A DNA stretch of 64,000 nucleotides from Armatimonadota bacterium (lineage in GTDB: Bacteria; Armatimonadota; Zipacnadia; Zipacnadales; Zipacnadaceae), in the NCBI GenBank assembly GCA_036504235.1, contig DASXVN010000005.1, positions 76,497-140,496 on the forward strand, in the 5' to 3' direction. How positions within the stretch are numbered: the stretch's first letter is position 1; every line of letters starts with the position of its first letter. The notes beneath the pieces are model-generated. The model saw nothing but the letters and a program-made list of their open reading frames with translations. It made no database searches and had not been told where the DNA came from. The position numbers and the translations under genes were made by a program. Below, piece after piece: positions 28,701 to 36,052 of the stretch.

Positions 28701-29577
28701 GTACGCCAAGACCGCGCTCTGGTGGAAGGGGACCAAACCGGGCCGCACCGTGGAATACCCCGATCTGCCCGTCTTCTATGCGCCCTTCCCGCCCGGCGCC
28801 GGCCAGATCGTGGAGACCAGCTACGTGAAGCCGGAGCTGCTTTCCGCCCTGTCCTCGACGCCCGGCACCGCCGAGGGCTGGGACAGCACGCTGGGGTTCA
28901 TCCAGCCCTTCTACGCCCTGAAGCCCATCACGCCGACCCAGTCGGTGCTGTACCGGAGCACCGTGGACACGCCGCCCTCCTGGAAACCGGGGGACCGCTA
29001 CGTCCTGCGCCTCCAGAGCCAGCCGCGGTATTACGAGGGCGGGTTCCGGGGCGAGGTCTACCTCAACGGCAAACAGCTCCCCGTCGCGGGAGAAATGGAC
29101 GTGTCCAAGGACCTCCGTTTCCCCGGCACCAATGTGCTGGTGATCCTGGCGGATCGGAACGGCTTCGCGGGCGACCCGGACCTGGTGCGCCAGCCGGCGC
29201 CGGCGGAGACGCTGCCGGTGGACGGCGAGTGGACGGTGCGCCTGGGCGAGGATACCGGCACTGGACCGGCGACAATTCCCGGGAGCTTCACCGGCCTGTA
29301 TGCCACCAAGAGCCTCGTGGTCCCGGCCTCCTGGAAGGGCTCGCACGTGTTCCTGAGCGCCCGCGCGAACTACTCGCGCATGGCGGTCAACGAGCGCGTC
29401 TTCTTCTTCAACAACCCGACCTCGTACTACATGGATGTCACCCCGTGGATCAAGTTCGGCCAGCCGAACCAGATCTTCCTGCAGCCCGGCGAGTCTTCCT
29501 CGCAGTGGAAACCGGGCAAGGTGACGGTAGACTCGATCGTGCTCGAGCGCGTGACGGAGGAGCAACTGAAGAAGTAG
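25765..29577 (+). CDS. Large secreted hypothetical protein (1270 aa) with a GATase1-like / beta-galactosidase-trimerisation-like module and a galactose-binding-like domain. Possible glycoside hydrolase.
   Basis: ATG 25765 follows RBS 'AAGGGTGA'. Signal peptide 'MKSVYLVVLLVLASLLPLAASAAV'. Motifs 'GKGRVIVLGSPFW' and 'DFDDSQWTPITKPGGDLGIIE...FWYRGTINV'. Confidence 0.5.
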   Translation: MKSVYLVVLLVLASLLPLAASAAVLRGFGAVQESTLPAGQGMRFVCDSPEHAVQLIHKLARDMELSVTAKSAWVTVAIGDRQAPVLVRPGLGSYLVLAQGTDAYCFTSPETDAAKLGAAFPAAAPLLAGARLYDAAYRYPMYLDKWSTAGIGTWYTPFNPFDDNPKGLKDVVTPHFEYLTENNLAVHIGAGGAGRRETVPYIHKYNRPFHIVQWHQWDADIARLDPFDLTQPNPNLFSTWESYYGQISNGGDRLHQYRDWTFLRLMKEYVNDPQLVDWDEPHGEIGPGPWQQYWDYGPRNQAHFAAWLQSARGYTLPSLGQAWYHDGGKFRTWEQVPIPFDYSFFGADKDSLFADKAWKLHTGDLATGRTGKWQTADFDDSQWTPITKPGGDLGIIEIETHQRFWYRGTINVSAEYLAKHKGSLYLVCAAMTQAGGPEAPNHIWLNGVELGSLTGPGGFWIVGSKLATGVLHAGANQIAYCPTAPDFAGTFFVSPHPVERYPFRDSGLNSRYSDWRDYVASCAVEQERNTIQAMRGLDPNRPIKIMAAADKDLFNEVMYDYGCYSHNTGDEAFYMPWDRRSGYTYGLPGSAESSGSMIDVHWYKQWQGWYTFECLNAFDNFIDIEAMMYSPATPLWKENFPYLHLSNRYDLKKPEIALLFSGETNRLNPGEMAAIPFVFDLGRGDLHSIGYSFAYVDEPALRRGLASPYQVIIDCGTWVMSRQTVADLTKYVENGGTYIALQETGRHTPAERDAWPISTLTGFQVQQVRPMGGFVSILNDQPVFTKLAGKNFMNQGRSVDYSGYNYADACLALTPVAPDTQALARYRDGSIAIGMRKLGKGRVIVLGSPFWRDSYDKRGMWWPGPQQNAFVEDLLTGLGLPPDVPANTSAVWRDRFVANNGTEEYLVMWNPSDTDPQTFTTDWHTSFPATQVIDPKLGQPVEAQIDGTTIHLAQSLQPLETRILAVQSPRPPADTVADWYAKTALWWKGTKPGRTVEYPDLPVFYAPFPPGAGQIVETSYVKPELLSALSSTPGTAEGWDSTLGFIQPFYALKPITPTQSVLYRSTVDTPPSWKPGDRYVLRLQSQPRYYEGGFRGEVYLNGKQLPVAGEMDVSKDLRFPGTNVLVILADRNGFAGDPDLVRQPAPAETLPVDGEWTVRLGEDTGTGPATIPGSFTGLYATKSLVVPASWKGSHVFLSARANYSRMAVNERVFFFNNPTSYYMDVTPWIKFGQPNQIFLQPGESSSQWKPGKVTVDSIVLERVTEEQLKK

Positions 29578-29619
29578 AGGAGATGGTCTCCCTAGCCGAG
29601 CAGGTTGCTTAAGCACGGG

Positions 29620-29651
29620 CCGGAGTACGGGCAGTTCTACCGCTACTCCGG
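29620..29651 (+). terminator. Hairpin (8-bp perfect stem CCGGAGTA/TACTCCGG, 16-nt loop) in the gap before the radical SAM gene. No U-tract.
   Basis: It lies 43 nt after stop 29575-29577 and about 80 nt before ATG 29730. Confidence 0.25.
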
Positions 29652-29729
29652 CTCGCGCCGAGCCTGGCGTTTCCGGCTTGCGAACTGGGGCCCGACGCCG
29701 GACGTCTGCCCTCTTGTGAGCAGACCATC

Positions 29730-31142
29730 ATGAGGGTGCTCGTCATCAACACCAATCGCGAGAGATCGCCCCAGGCGCTTCTCCCAATAGGCGCTTGCCT
29801 GGTGGCTGCGGCGGCGGAACGCGCGGGCCAGGAGGTGCGTTTTCTCGACCTTTGCTTCTCCCGAGACCCCCGGCGCGCCGCGGCGGCGGCGGTCGCCAGC
29901 TTTTCCCCAGACGTCATCGGCCTCTCGATCCGCAACCTCGACAACTGCGACTACCTGAATCCGCACAGCTATCTGCCGGCAGGCCGCGATCTGGTGGCGA
30001 CGCTCCGGGCCGCGTGTTCGGCGGAGATCGTCCTCGGCGGGTCCGCGGTTAGCCAGGTGCCTTTCGCCCTGGCGCGGTATCTCGGCTGCCGCTGGGCCGT
30101 AGTGGGCGCGGGCGAGGTGACCTTTCCGGCGCTGCTGCAGGCCCTCGCGGACGGCGCCGACCCGGCGGCCCTCCCGGGAGTGGCGGACGCGGAGCGGGAG
30201 GACCTCTTTGTCCCCGCCCCACCGGGCGAGGACCTGTCCGCGCCGCAATCCCCCGCGCTGGAGCGCTGGCTGGACCTGTCGCGCTATCGGGCCCGCGACG
30301 CCTCCTGGCCTGTCCAGAGCAAGCGCGGGTGCGCCTCCCGCTGCACCTATTGTGTGTACCCGCTCCTGGAGGGCGCCACCTATCGCCGGCGGGAGCCGGA
30401 ACTGGTGCGGGAAGAGGCCGCGACCGCCCGGCGCGCCGGTCTCCGCCTGGTGGAGTTTGTGGACAGCATCTTCGGCCTGCCCGCCGACCACGCGCTGGCC
30501 TGCTGTGAGGCGCTGGCCCGCCGCCCGGTGGGGCTGCCCCTGTCCGCGATGGAGCTTAACCCCGCCGCGATCACCCCGGAGCTGGTGGGGGCGATGAACG
30601 CCGCGGGCTTCTCGGGCGTGGCGGTCACCGCCGAGAGCGGCTCGGACGCCATGCTGGCGAGTCTGGGCAAGGGCTTCACCGCGGAGGCGCTCGGCCAGGC
30701 GCGCGATCACCTGCGGCATTTGCGGGCCTCCGTGATGTGGATCTTCCTGCTGGGGGGCCCGGGGGAGACGCCGGAGACGGTGCGCGAGACGGCGCGGTTC
30801 CTGGACACGCTGCCGCCCTCGCACCTGGTCCTGGTCACGCACGGGGTGCGCGTGCTGCCCCGCACCGCCCTGCACGGCCGGCTCCTCGCGAGCGGGGAAC
30901 TGTCGCCCGCGGAGGATCTGCTGCTGCCCACCTTCTACCATTCACCGGCGATTACGCCCGCCGCTTCCGAGCGGATTCTCGCCGAGAGCCGGTTTCCCGT
31001 TGGCTCGCGCGTCATGCTGGGAGACGGCGGCCACCGCTGGCTGCCGCTGGCGCAGCGCGTAATGGCCACCTGCGGGGTGCGTCCGCCGTACTGGCGGCAA
31101 CTGCGGTCGCTAAATCGCTTGCGGAGGGTGCTGGGCGCGTGA
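29730..31142 (+). CDS. B12-binding-domain radical SAM protein (class B rSAM).
   Basis: N-terminal Rossmann-like B12-binding region 'MRVLVINTNRERSPQALLPIGACLVAAAA...GLSIRNLDN'. Canonical CxxxCxxC 'CASRCTYC' and 'VEFVDSIFG'. Length and layout are typical of the HpnJ/BchE-type B12-rSAM family. Confidence 0.7.
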   Translation: MRVLVINTNRERSPQALLPIGACLVAAAAERAGQEVRFLDLCFSRDPRRAAAAAVASFSPDVIGLSIRNLDNCDYLNPHSYLPAGRDLVATLRAACSAEIVLGGSAVSQVPFALARYLGCRWAVVGAGEVTFPALLQALADGADPAALPGVADAEREDLFVPAPPGEDLSAPQSPALERWLDLSRYRARDASWPVQSKRGCASRCTYCVYPLLEGATYRRREPELVREEAATARRAGLRLVEFVDSIFGLPADHALACCEALARRPVGLPLSAMELNPAAITPELVGAMNAAGFSGVAVTAESGSDAMLASLGKGFTAEALGQARDHLRHLRASVMWIFLLGGPGETPETVRETARFLDTLPPSHLVLVTHGVRVLPRTALHGRLLASGELSPAEDLLLPTFYHSPAITPAASERILAESRFPVGSRVMLGDGGHRWLPLAQRVMATCGVRPPYWRQLRSLNRLRRVLGA

Positions 31143-31171
31143 CCTGCGGACGCCCGAGGAGGGATAGAACC

Positions 31172-31639
31172 ATGGTCACCACGGATGAGATAGTTATGCA
31201 GGCGCCGCCCGACGCGATCTTCCGCGCCGCGTCCGAGGTTGAGCGCTGGCCTCACTTACTCCCGCATTACCGGTGGGTGAAGGTCCTGGAGCGGGACGGC
31301 GACGCGTGCCTGGTGGAGATGGCGGCGCGTCGCGGGCCCTTCCCCGTGAAGTGGACCTCCCTCAAGACGCAAGACGCGGAGGCGCTGACCGTCCATTACC
31401 GCCACGTGGGCGGCCCCACCCGGGGCATGCGCGTGGTCTGGCTCATTGAGCCTGGTCCCGACGGGACGCTGGTCAGCATCGTCCACGACTTCCGGCTCGA
31501 GATCCCAGTCTTGCGCAGCCTGCCCGGCCAGTTGATCATCGGCCACTGTTTCGTAAAACCGATCGCCAATCGCACCTTACAGCATCTCAAAGCCCACGTG
31601 GAGGCCTCCTCATGCGCCGAGCCGTCCTTACCGGAATAG
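31172..31639 (+). CDS. SRPBCC-superfamily protein (polyketide cyclase/dehydrase, Polyketide_cyc2-like).
   Basis: 'GGAGG' RBS plus ATG 31172. The ~155-aa sequence 'APPDAIFRAASEVERWPHLLPHYRWVKVLERDGD...' has the START/Bet v1-like pattern. It overlaps the next gene by 28 nt. Confidence 0.55.
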   Translation: MVTTDEIVMQAPPDAIFRAASEVERWPHLLPHYRWVKVLERDGDACLVEMAARRGPFPVKWTSLKTQDAEALTVHYRHVGGPTRGMRVVWLIEPGPDGTLVSIVHDFRLEIPVLRSLPGQLIIGHCFVKPIANRTLQHLKAHVEASSCAEPSLPE

Positions 31640-32844
31640 GCCCTATCACCCCCATAGGCGTCGGCAAGGAGGCGTTCTGGGCGGGCTTGCAGGCCGCGCG
31701 CTCCGGCATTGGGCCGATCACGCACTTTGATGCCTCCGGCTTGCGCTCGCAGATGGCTGGGGAGGTCACGGGCTTCGACCCCGCCGTCTGGCTGGATGAG
31801 AAACGGCTCAAACGTACTGACCGCTTCTCGCAGTTCGCGATCGTGGGGGCGCGGCTGGCCCTGGCGGACGCCGGTCTGGACCTGGCGCAGGAGGACCTGA
31901 CGCGCGTGGGCGTCTCGCTGGGGTCGGCGTTGGGCGGGATCGCCTTCGCCGAGCGTGAGGTGGGGGTTCTCAACGGCGAGGGCCTGCGCGAGGTGGACCC
32001 CTCGCTGGCGCTGTGCGTTTTCTGCGGCGCCGGCAGCTCCAATATCGCCATTGATCTGGGCGCGACCGGCCCGGCCTCGGCCAACTCGAATAGCTGCGCC
32101 TCGGGCACCGTCGCGCTGGGGCAGGCCCTGGACTGTATCCGCACCGGCCGCGCCGATGTGGTGCTCGCCGGCGGCGCGGAGGCCCCCCTGGCCCCGCTCT
32201 GCTTCGGCGCTTTCACCCTGCTGCGGGCCATGTCCTGCCGCAACGACGAGCCGGAGCGCGCCTGCCGCCCCTTTGACGTGGACCGCGACGGCTTTGTCAT
32301 GGCCGAGGGGGCCTCGCTGATGGTGATGGAGGAGCGGGAGCACGCCCTCGCACGCGGGGCCCATATCTACGCCGAGGTCGCCGGCCATAGCCTCACCAAC
32401 GACGCCTACCACATGGCTGCCCCCCGTCCGGACGGCTCCTCGGCGGCGCGGGCCATGACCATCGCCCTGGCCGACGCCGACCTGAGCCCGCGCGACATCG
32501 GCTACATCAACGCGCACGGCTCTTCGACGCCGCTCAATGACAAGACCGAAACTCTGGCGATCAAAACAGTTTTCGGGGCGCACGCCTACGACCTGGCGAT
32601 CAGCAGCACCAAGGGCCACCATGGCCACTCCCTGGGCGCGGCCGGCGCGTTGGAGGCGGCCGCCTGCGCGCTCGCGCTGGACCACGGCTGGCTGCCGCCC
32701 ACTGTCAACCTCGACACCCCTGACCCGGAGTGCGATCTGGACTATGTGCCCCGGGCGGGCCGCGACCGCGCGATAGACGCCCTGCTCAGCAACAGCTTTG
32801 GCTTCGGGGGGATCAACGCGTGCGTGGTGATGACCAAGCCTTGA
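31612..32844 (+). CDS. Beta-ketoacyl-ACP synthase I/II family (FabF/FabB-like condensing enzyme).
   Basis: Active-site Cys in 'NSNSCASGTVALGQA'. His motifs 'INAHGSSTPLNDKTETLAIKTVFG' and 'SSTKGHHGHSLGAAGALEA'. C-terminal 'FGFGGINACVVM'. RBS 'GGAGG' 6 nt before ATG 31612. Confidence 0.75.
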   Translation: MRRAVLTGIGPITPIGVGKEAFWAGLQAARSGIGPITHFDASGLRSQMAGEVTGFDPAVWLDEKRLKRTDRFSQFAIVGARLALADAGLDLAQEDLTRVGVSLGSALGGIAFAEREVGVLNGEGLREVDPSLALCVFCGAGSSNIAIDLGATGPASANSNSCASGTVALGQALDCIRTGRADVVLAGGAEAPLAPLCFGAFTLLRAMSCRNDEPERACRPFDVDRDGFVMAEGASLMVMEEREHALARGAHIYAEVAGHSLTNDAYHMAAPRPDGSSAARAMTIALADADLSPRDIGYINAHGSSTPLNDKTETLAIKTVFGAHAYDLAISSTKGHHGHSLGAAGALEAAACALALDHGWLPPTVNLDTPDPECDLDYVPRAGRDRAIDALLSNSFGFGGINACVVMTKP

Positions 32845-33566
32845 TCGGTCCTCACCCCCCTGACCAGGCCGTAGCCGCCGGGAGCGGCGAGTTCCTGGAC
32901 GACCCGGCCACTCCCGCCGCGGCCCTCCGCGCCACCCTGCGCGACCAGGCCTGGATTAACCGCTACCTGGGCGGTGGTCAGGCCACCTGGGCGCACGCCG
33001 GGCCCTATCTGCGCCGGTGCTCTTCCGACCCGCTCCGGGTGCTGGAGATCGGCTGCGGCGGTGGCGATATCCTGCGCCGGTTGGTGGCTGCGGCGCGCCG
33101 CCCGGGGAGGCCCCTTGTGGCGGTCGGGCTGGACCGGAACCCCCGGGTGCTGGCCTGCGCGGCCGAGTGGTCGCGGGACTACCCGGAGATCCGCTTGCTC
33201 TGCGCCGACGCGCTGGACCTGCCCCTGCGCCCGGGCTCGTTTGATCTGGTGCTCCTGCCCACGTTTCTCCACCACCTCCCGCCGGACCGCGCGCCGGCCC
33301 TCCTGCGCGAGGCCGCCCGCCTCAGCCGCGGTCTAGTCGTGGTGGCCGACCTGGCGCCCTCGCCCCTGGCCCGGCTCGGCTGGCCGCTGCTGGCCGCGCT
33401 GCTGCGGCTGCACCCGGTATCGCGCCACGATGGCCTGCTCTCCCTGCGCCACGCCCCCGCCCCCGCGGACCTCGCCGCCTGCGCCCGCGCCGCCGGCCTG
33501 CGCGACTGGAGTCTGCACCGCCATCCCTGGTGCCGCCAGGCGCTGGTCTGCCCCGGCGCGGGCTGA
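32841..33566 (+). CDS. Class I SAM-dependent methyltransferase.
   Basis: 'VLEIGCGGGDILRRLV' is SAM-binding motif I, and 'FDLVLLPTFLHHL' is a post-I-like motif. The start is uncertain: TTG 32841 overlaps the KS stop (TTGA), and the ORF track runs from 32730 inside the KS gene. Confidence 0.5.
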   Translation: MIGPHPPDQAVAAGSGEFLDDPATPAAALRATLRDQAWINRYLGGGQATWAHAGPYLRRCSSDPLRVLEIGCGGGDILRRLVAAARRPGRPLVAVGLDRNPRVLACAAEWSRDYPEIRLLCADALDLPLRPGSFDLVLLPTFLHHLPPDRAPALLREAARLSRGLVVVADLAPSPLARLGWPLLAALLRLHPVSRHDGLLSLRHAPAPADLAACARAAGLRDWSLHRHPWCRQALVCPGAG

Positions 33567-33664
33567 ACCGTGGCTGGCTCTGTGCGTCGCAAAGCTCGGG
33601 CCCGGAATACCGGCTCCCCGGTAGAACGCATTCTAGAGTTGCGAAAAGAAGGAGACTGAAAGTC

Positions 33665-34624
33665 ATGGAGAATTCAGGACGCTATCTGATACTGGTTCTG
33701 GCCGCGGTCCTGGCGCTTACGGCCCTGGCGGTCGCGCCGGTCGCCGTCTATGCCGCTGACGCGCCGGCCATGATGGTCGCCAGTAGCAGCACGGCCGTGC
33801 AGTTCCGCGCGGACATGCGCCGGCTCTGGGAAGACCACATCATCTACACGCGCGGGGTCATCATCAGCGTGGCCGCCGGCTTGCCCGATGCCGATGCGGT
33901 AAGTGCGCGGCTGATGCAGAACCAGGTGGATATCGGCAACGCGGTGAAGCCCTACTACGGCGACGCGGCGGGGGAGAAGCTGACCGCGCTGCTCAAGGAG
34001 CATATCAACGGGGCTGGCCAGGTGCTGGGGGCGGCCAAGGCCGGCGACCAGGACAAATTGGCTGCGGCGCAGAAGGCGTGGTACGCCAACGCCAACGAAA
34101 TCGCGGCCTTCCTCAATGGCGCGAACCCGGACAACTGGCCCCTCGCCGATCTCCAGGGCATGATGAAGACGCACCTCGACACGACCACCGCGGAGGCCGT
34201 CGCGCGGCTGAAGGGCGACTGGGCAGGCGACCTGGCGGCTTTCGACAAGGTGCAGACGCACATTCTCATGATGTCCGATGCGCTGAGCCTGGGGATAATC
34301 CAGCAGTTCCCGGCCAAGTTCGCCGAGGCGCCGGACGCTCAGGTTTCGATGAACGATAATGCCTTTGACCCGCAGGAAGTGACCGTGGCGGCCGGCAGCA
34401 CCGTCGTCTGGACCAACCAGGGCGAGCACCCGCACAACGTCACCGCCGACACCGGGGGCGGGCCGAAGTCCGGGACTATCCAGCCGGGGGAGAGCTACCA
34501 GTGGGTAGTTCCGGCCGGGGCCGTGGCGGGCGCCAAGTACTTCTACCACTGCTCCTTCCACGCCCCGGCGGGCGACGGGACGACCCTGGGGCCGAACATG
34601 AGCGGCGTCGTCATTGTGAAGTAA
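33665..34624 (+). CDS. Secreted cupredoxin (type-1 copper, plastocyanin/azurin-like) domain protein with a ~240-aa N-terminal domain of unknown function.
   Basis: Signal peptide 'MENSGRYLILVLAAVLALTALAVAPVAVYA'. C-terminal 'VVWTNQGEHPHNVT...KYFYHCSFHAPAGDG...NMSG' supplies the His/Cys/His/Met copper ligands. RBS 'AAGGAG'. Confidence 0.55.
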   Translation: MENSGRYLILVLAAVLALTALAVAPVAVYAADAPAMMVASSSTAVQFRADMRRLWEDHIIYTRGVIISVAAGLPDADAVSARLMQNQVDIGNAVKPYYGDAAGEKLTALLKEHINGAGQVLGAAKAGDQDKLAAAQKAWYANANEIAAFLNGANPDNWPLADLQGMMKTHLDTTTAEAVARLKGDWAGDLAAFDKVQTHILMMSDALSLGIIQQFPAKFAEAPDAQVSMNDNAFDPQEVTVAAGSTVVWTNQGEHPHNVTADTGGGPKSGTIQPGESYQWVVPAGAVAGAKYFYHCSFHAPAGDGTTLGPNMSGVVIVK

Positions 34625-34690
34625 GCGGGAAACGCGCGGGAGGCCGACGCGCCAGTATTGGCCCCGACCTCCTCGCAGGTGGCACTCACC

Positions 34691-34735
34691 CCGGTCCGGC
34701 GGGCCCCCGTGCCCTGCCGGACCGGTCTGTTTTGC
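34691..34735 (+). terminator. Rho-independent terminator.
   Basis: 10-bp stem CCGGTCCGGC/GCCGGACCGG, 15-nt loop, followed by 'TCTGTTTTG'. It lies 67 nt after the cupredoxin stop. Confidence 0.55.
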
Positions 34736-34881
34736 GGTTACTCCTCGGGCTTTATCGGTGAAGGGAAATCCGCCGGGAAAGAGAAACAGTTCCTGCCCTT
34801 TGCCCCGGAGCGCGCTCGGGCGCCCGTTGGGAGGGGGGTTGCGCCGGTCCTGAGCGCGAGTATCTGGGCGGAGGAGAGACC

Positions 34882-35952
34882 ATGGCCGCACCGATCCGCA
34901 TGCCCGATCTGGGCACGACCGTTGATGAATGTATGATTATGGGCTGGCGCGTTGCGGAGGGCGACACCGTGGCCCTCGGCGATATCCTGGCCGATATTGA
35001 GACCGACAAGGCGATCATCGAACTGGAGTCGGTCGCCGCCGGCGTCGTGCTCAAGCTGCTGGCCGAGGCCGACGCGATGGTGCAGGTCGGCGACGTGCTG
35101 GCCTACATCGGCGAGCCGGGCGAGGCCCTCCCCGAGGAGGCTCCCGCCGCGCCCGTGGCGGTCGCGCCGCTAGTCCGGAATCTGGCCGCCAAACTGGGCG
35201 TAGACCTGGCGACCGTCACCGGCACCGGCCAGGGCGGCGTCCTTACCCGTGAGGATGTCCAACGCGCGAGTCAGGCCCCCGTCGCGCCGGCTGAGCCGGA
35301 GGGCGCCGCCCTTTCCCGCGTGCAGGAGGCCGTGGCGCGGGCGGTGGCGAGCAGTTGGGCGGACAAGCCGCATACTTATTTCACCGCCGCCGTGGACATG
35401 ACCGCGGCGGTGGCGCTCCGCGAGCGCGCGCAGGCCGAGGGCAGTCCGCTCAGCCACGACGCGCTGCTGCTGGCCGCGATGGCGGCCGCCCTGCCGGAGT
35501 TCCCCGCGCTGCGCTCGGTCTGGCAGGAGGGCCGCGTGGTGGCGATCCCCGGCCTGCATCTGGCGGTGGCCATTGGCCGGGAGCAGGAGCTGTTTCTCCC
35601 GGTGATCTTCGACGTGGACCGGCTCTCCCTGGCGCAGGTGCAGGCGCAACTCAACGAACTGGTCGCCGAGATTCAGGCGGGCACCCTCCCGGCCTCGCGC
35701 CTGACCGGCGCATGTCTCGCCCTGACCAATCTCGGCATGTTCCCGATTGAGTCCTTCGACCCGATCATCTTCCCCGAGCACAGCGCGATCCTCGCGGCCG
35801 GAGCGGTCACGCTGACGCCCGTAGCGGTTGACGGGCAGGTCGTGATCCGCCCGATTATGCGCATGACCCTGGCCGCCGACCACCGCGTCATCAACGGCCG
35901 CACCGCCGCCGGCTTCCTCGCCGCCGTCAAGGCACATCTGGAGACAGTCTAG
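34882..35952 (+). CDS. Dihydrolipoamide acyltransferase (E2) of a 2-oxoacid/acetoin dehydrogenase complex.
   Basis: Lipoyl domain 'ADIETDKAIIELES' (lipoyl-Lys). Peripheral-subunit-binding domain 'LVRNLAAKLGVDLATVTGTGQGGVLTREDV'. Catalytic 'DHRVINGRTAAGFL'. Confidence 0.7.
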   Translation: MAAPIRMPDLGTTVDECMIMGWRVAEGDTVALGDILADIETDKAIIELESVAAGVVLKLLAEADAMVQVGDVLAYIGEPGEALPEEAPAAPVAVAPLVRNLAAKLGVDLATVTGTGQGGVLTREDVQRASQAPVAPAEPEGAALSRVQEAVARAVASSWADKPHTYFTAAVDMTAAVALRERAQAEGSPLSHDALLLAAMAAALPEFPALRSVWQEGRVVAIPGLHLAVAIGREQELFLPVIFDVDRLSLAQVQAQLNELVAEIQAGTLPASRLTGACLALTNLGMFPIESFDPIIFPEHSAILAAGAVTLTPVAVDGQVVIRPIMRMTLAADHRVINGRTAAGFLAAVKAHLETV

Positions 35953-35974
35953 CTTTAGCTGTGCAAGCCTTACT

Positions 35975-36019
35975 CCCCCTCTCCTGCGGCGTTCGTCGGC
36001 GAACGCCCCGGAGAGGGGG
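35975..36019 (+). promoter_or_regulatory. Strong intercistronic hairpin between the E2 and E1-alpha genes.
   Basis: Two-tier stem 'CCCCCTCTCC...GGCGTTCG tcgg CGAACGCC...GGAGAGGGGG', followed by a G/C-run mini-hairpin and the RBS 'AAGGAG'. No U-tract. Confidence 0.4.
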
Positions 36020-36052
36020 CGGGGGGGGTGAGGCCTCCCCCGAAGGAGTAAC

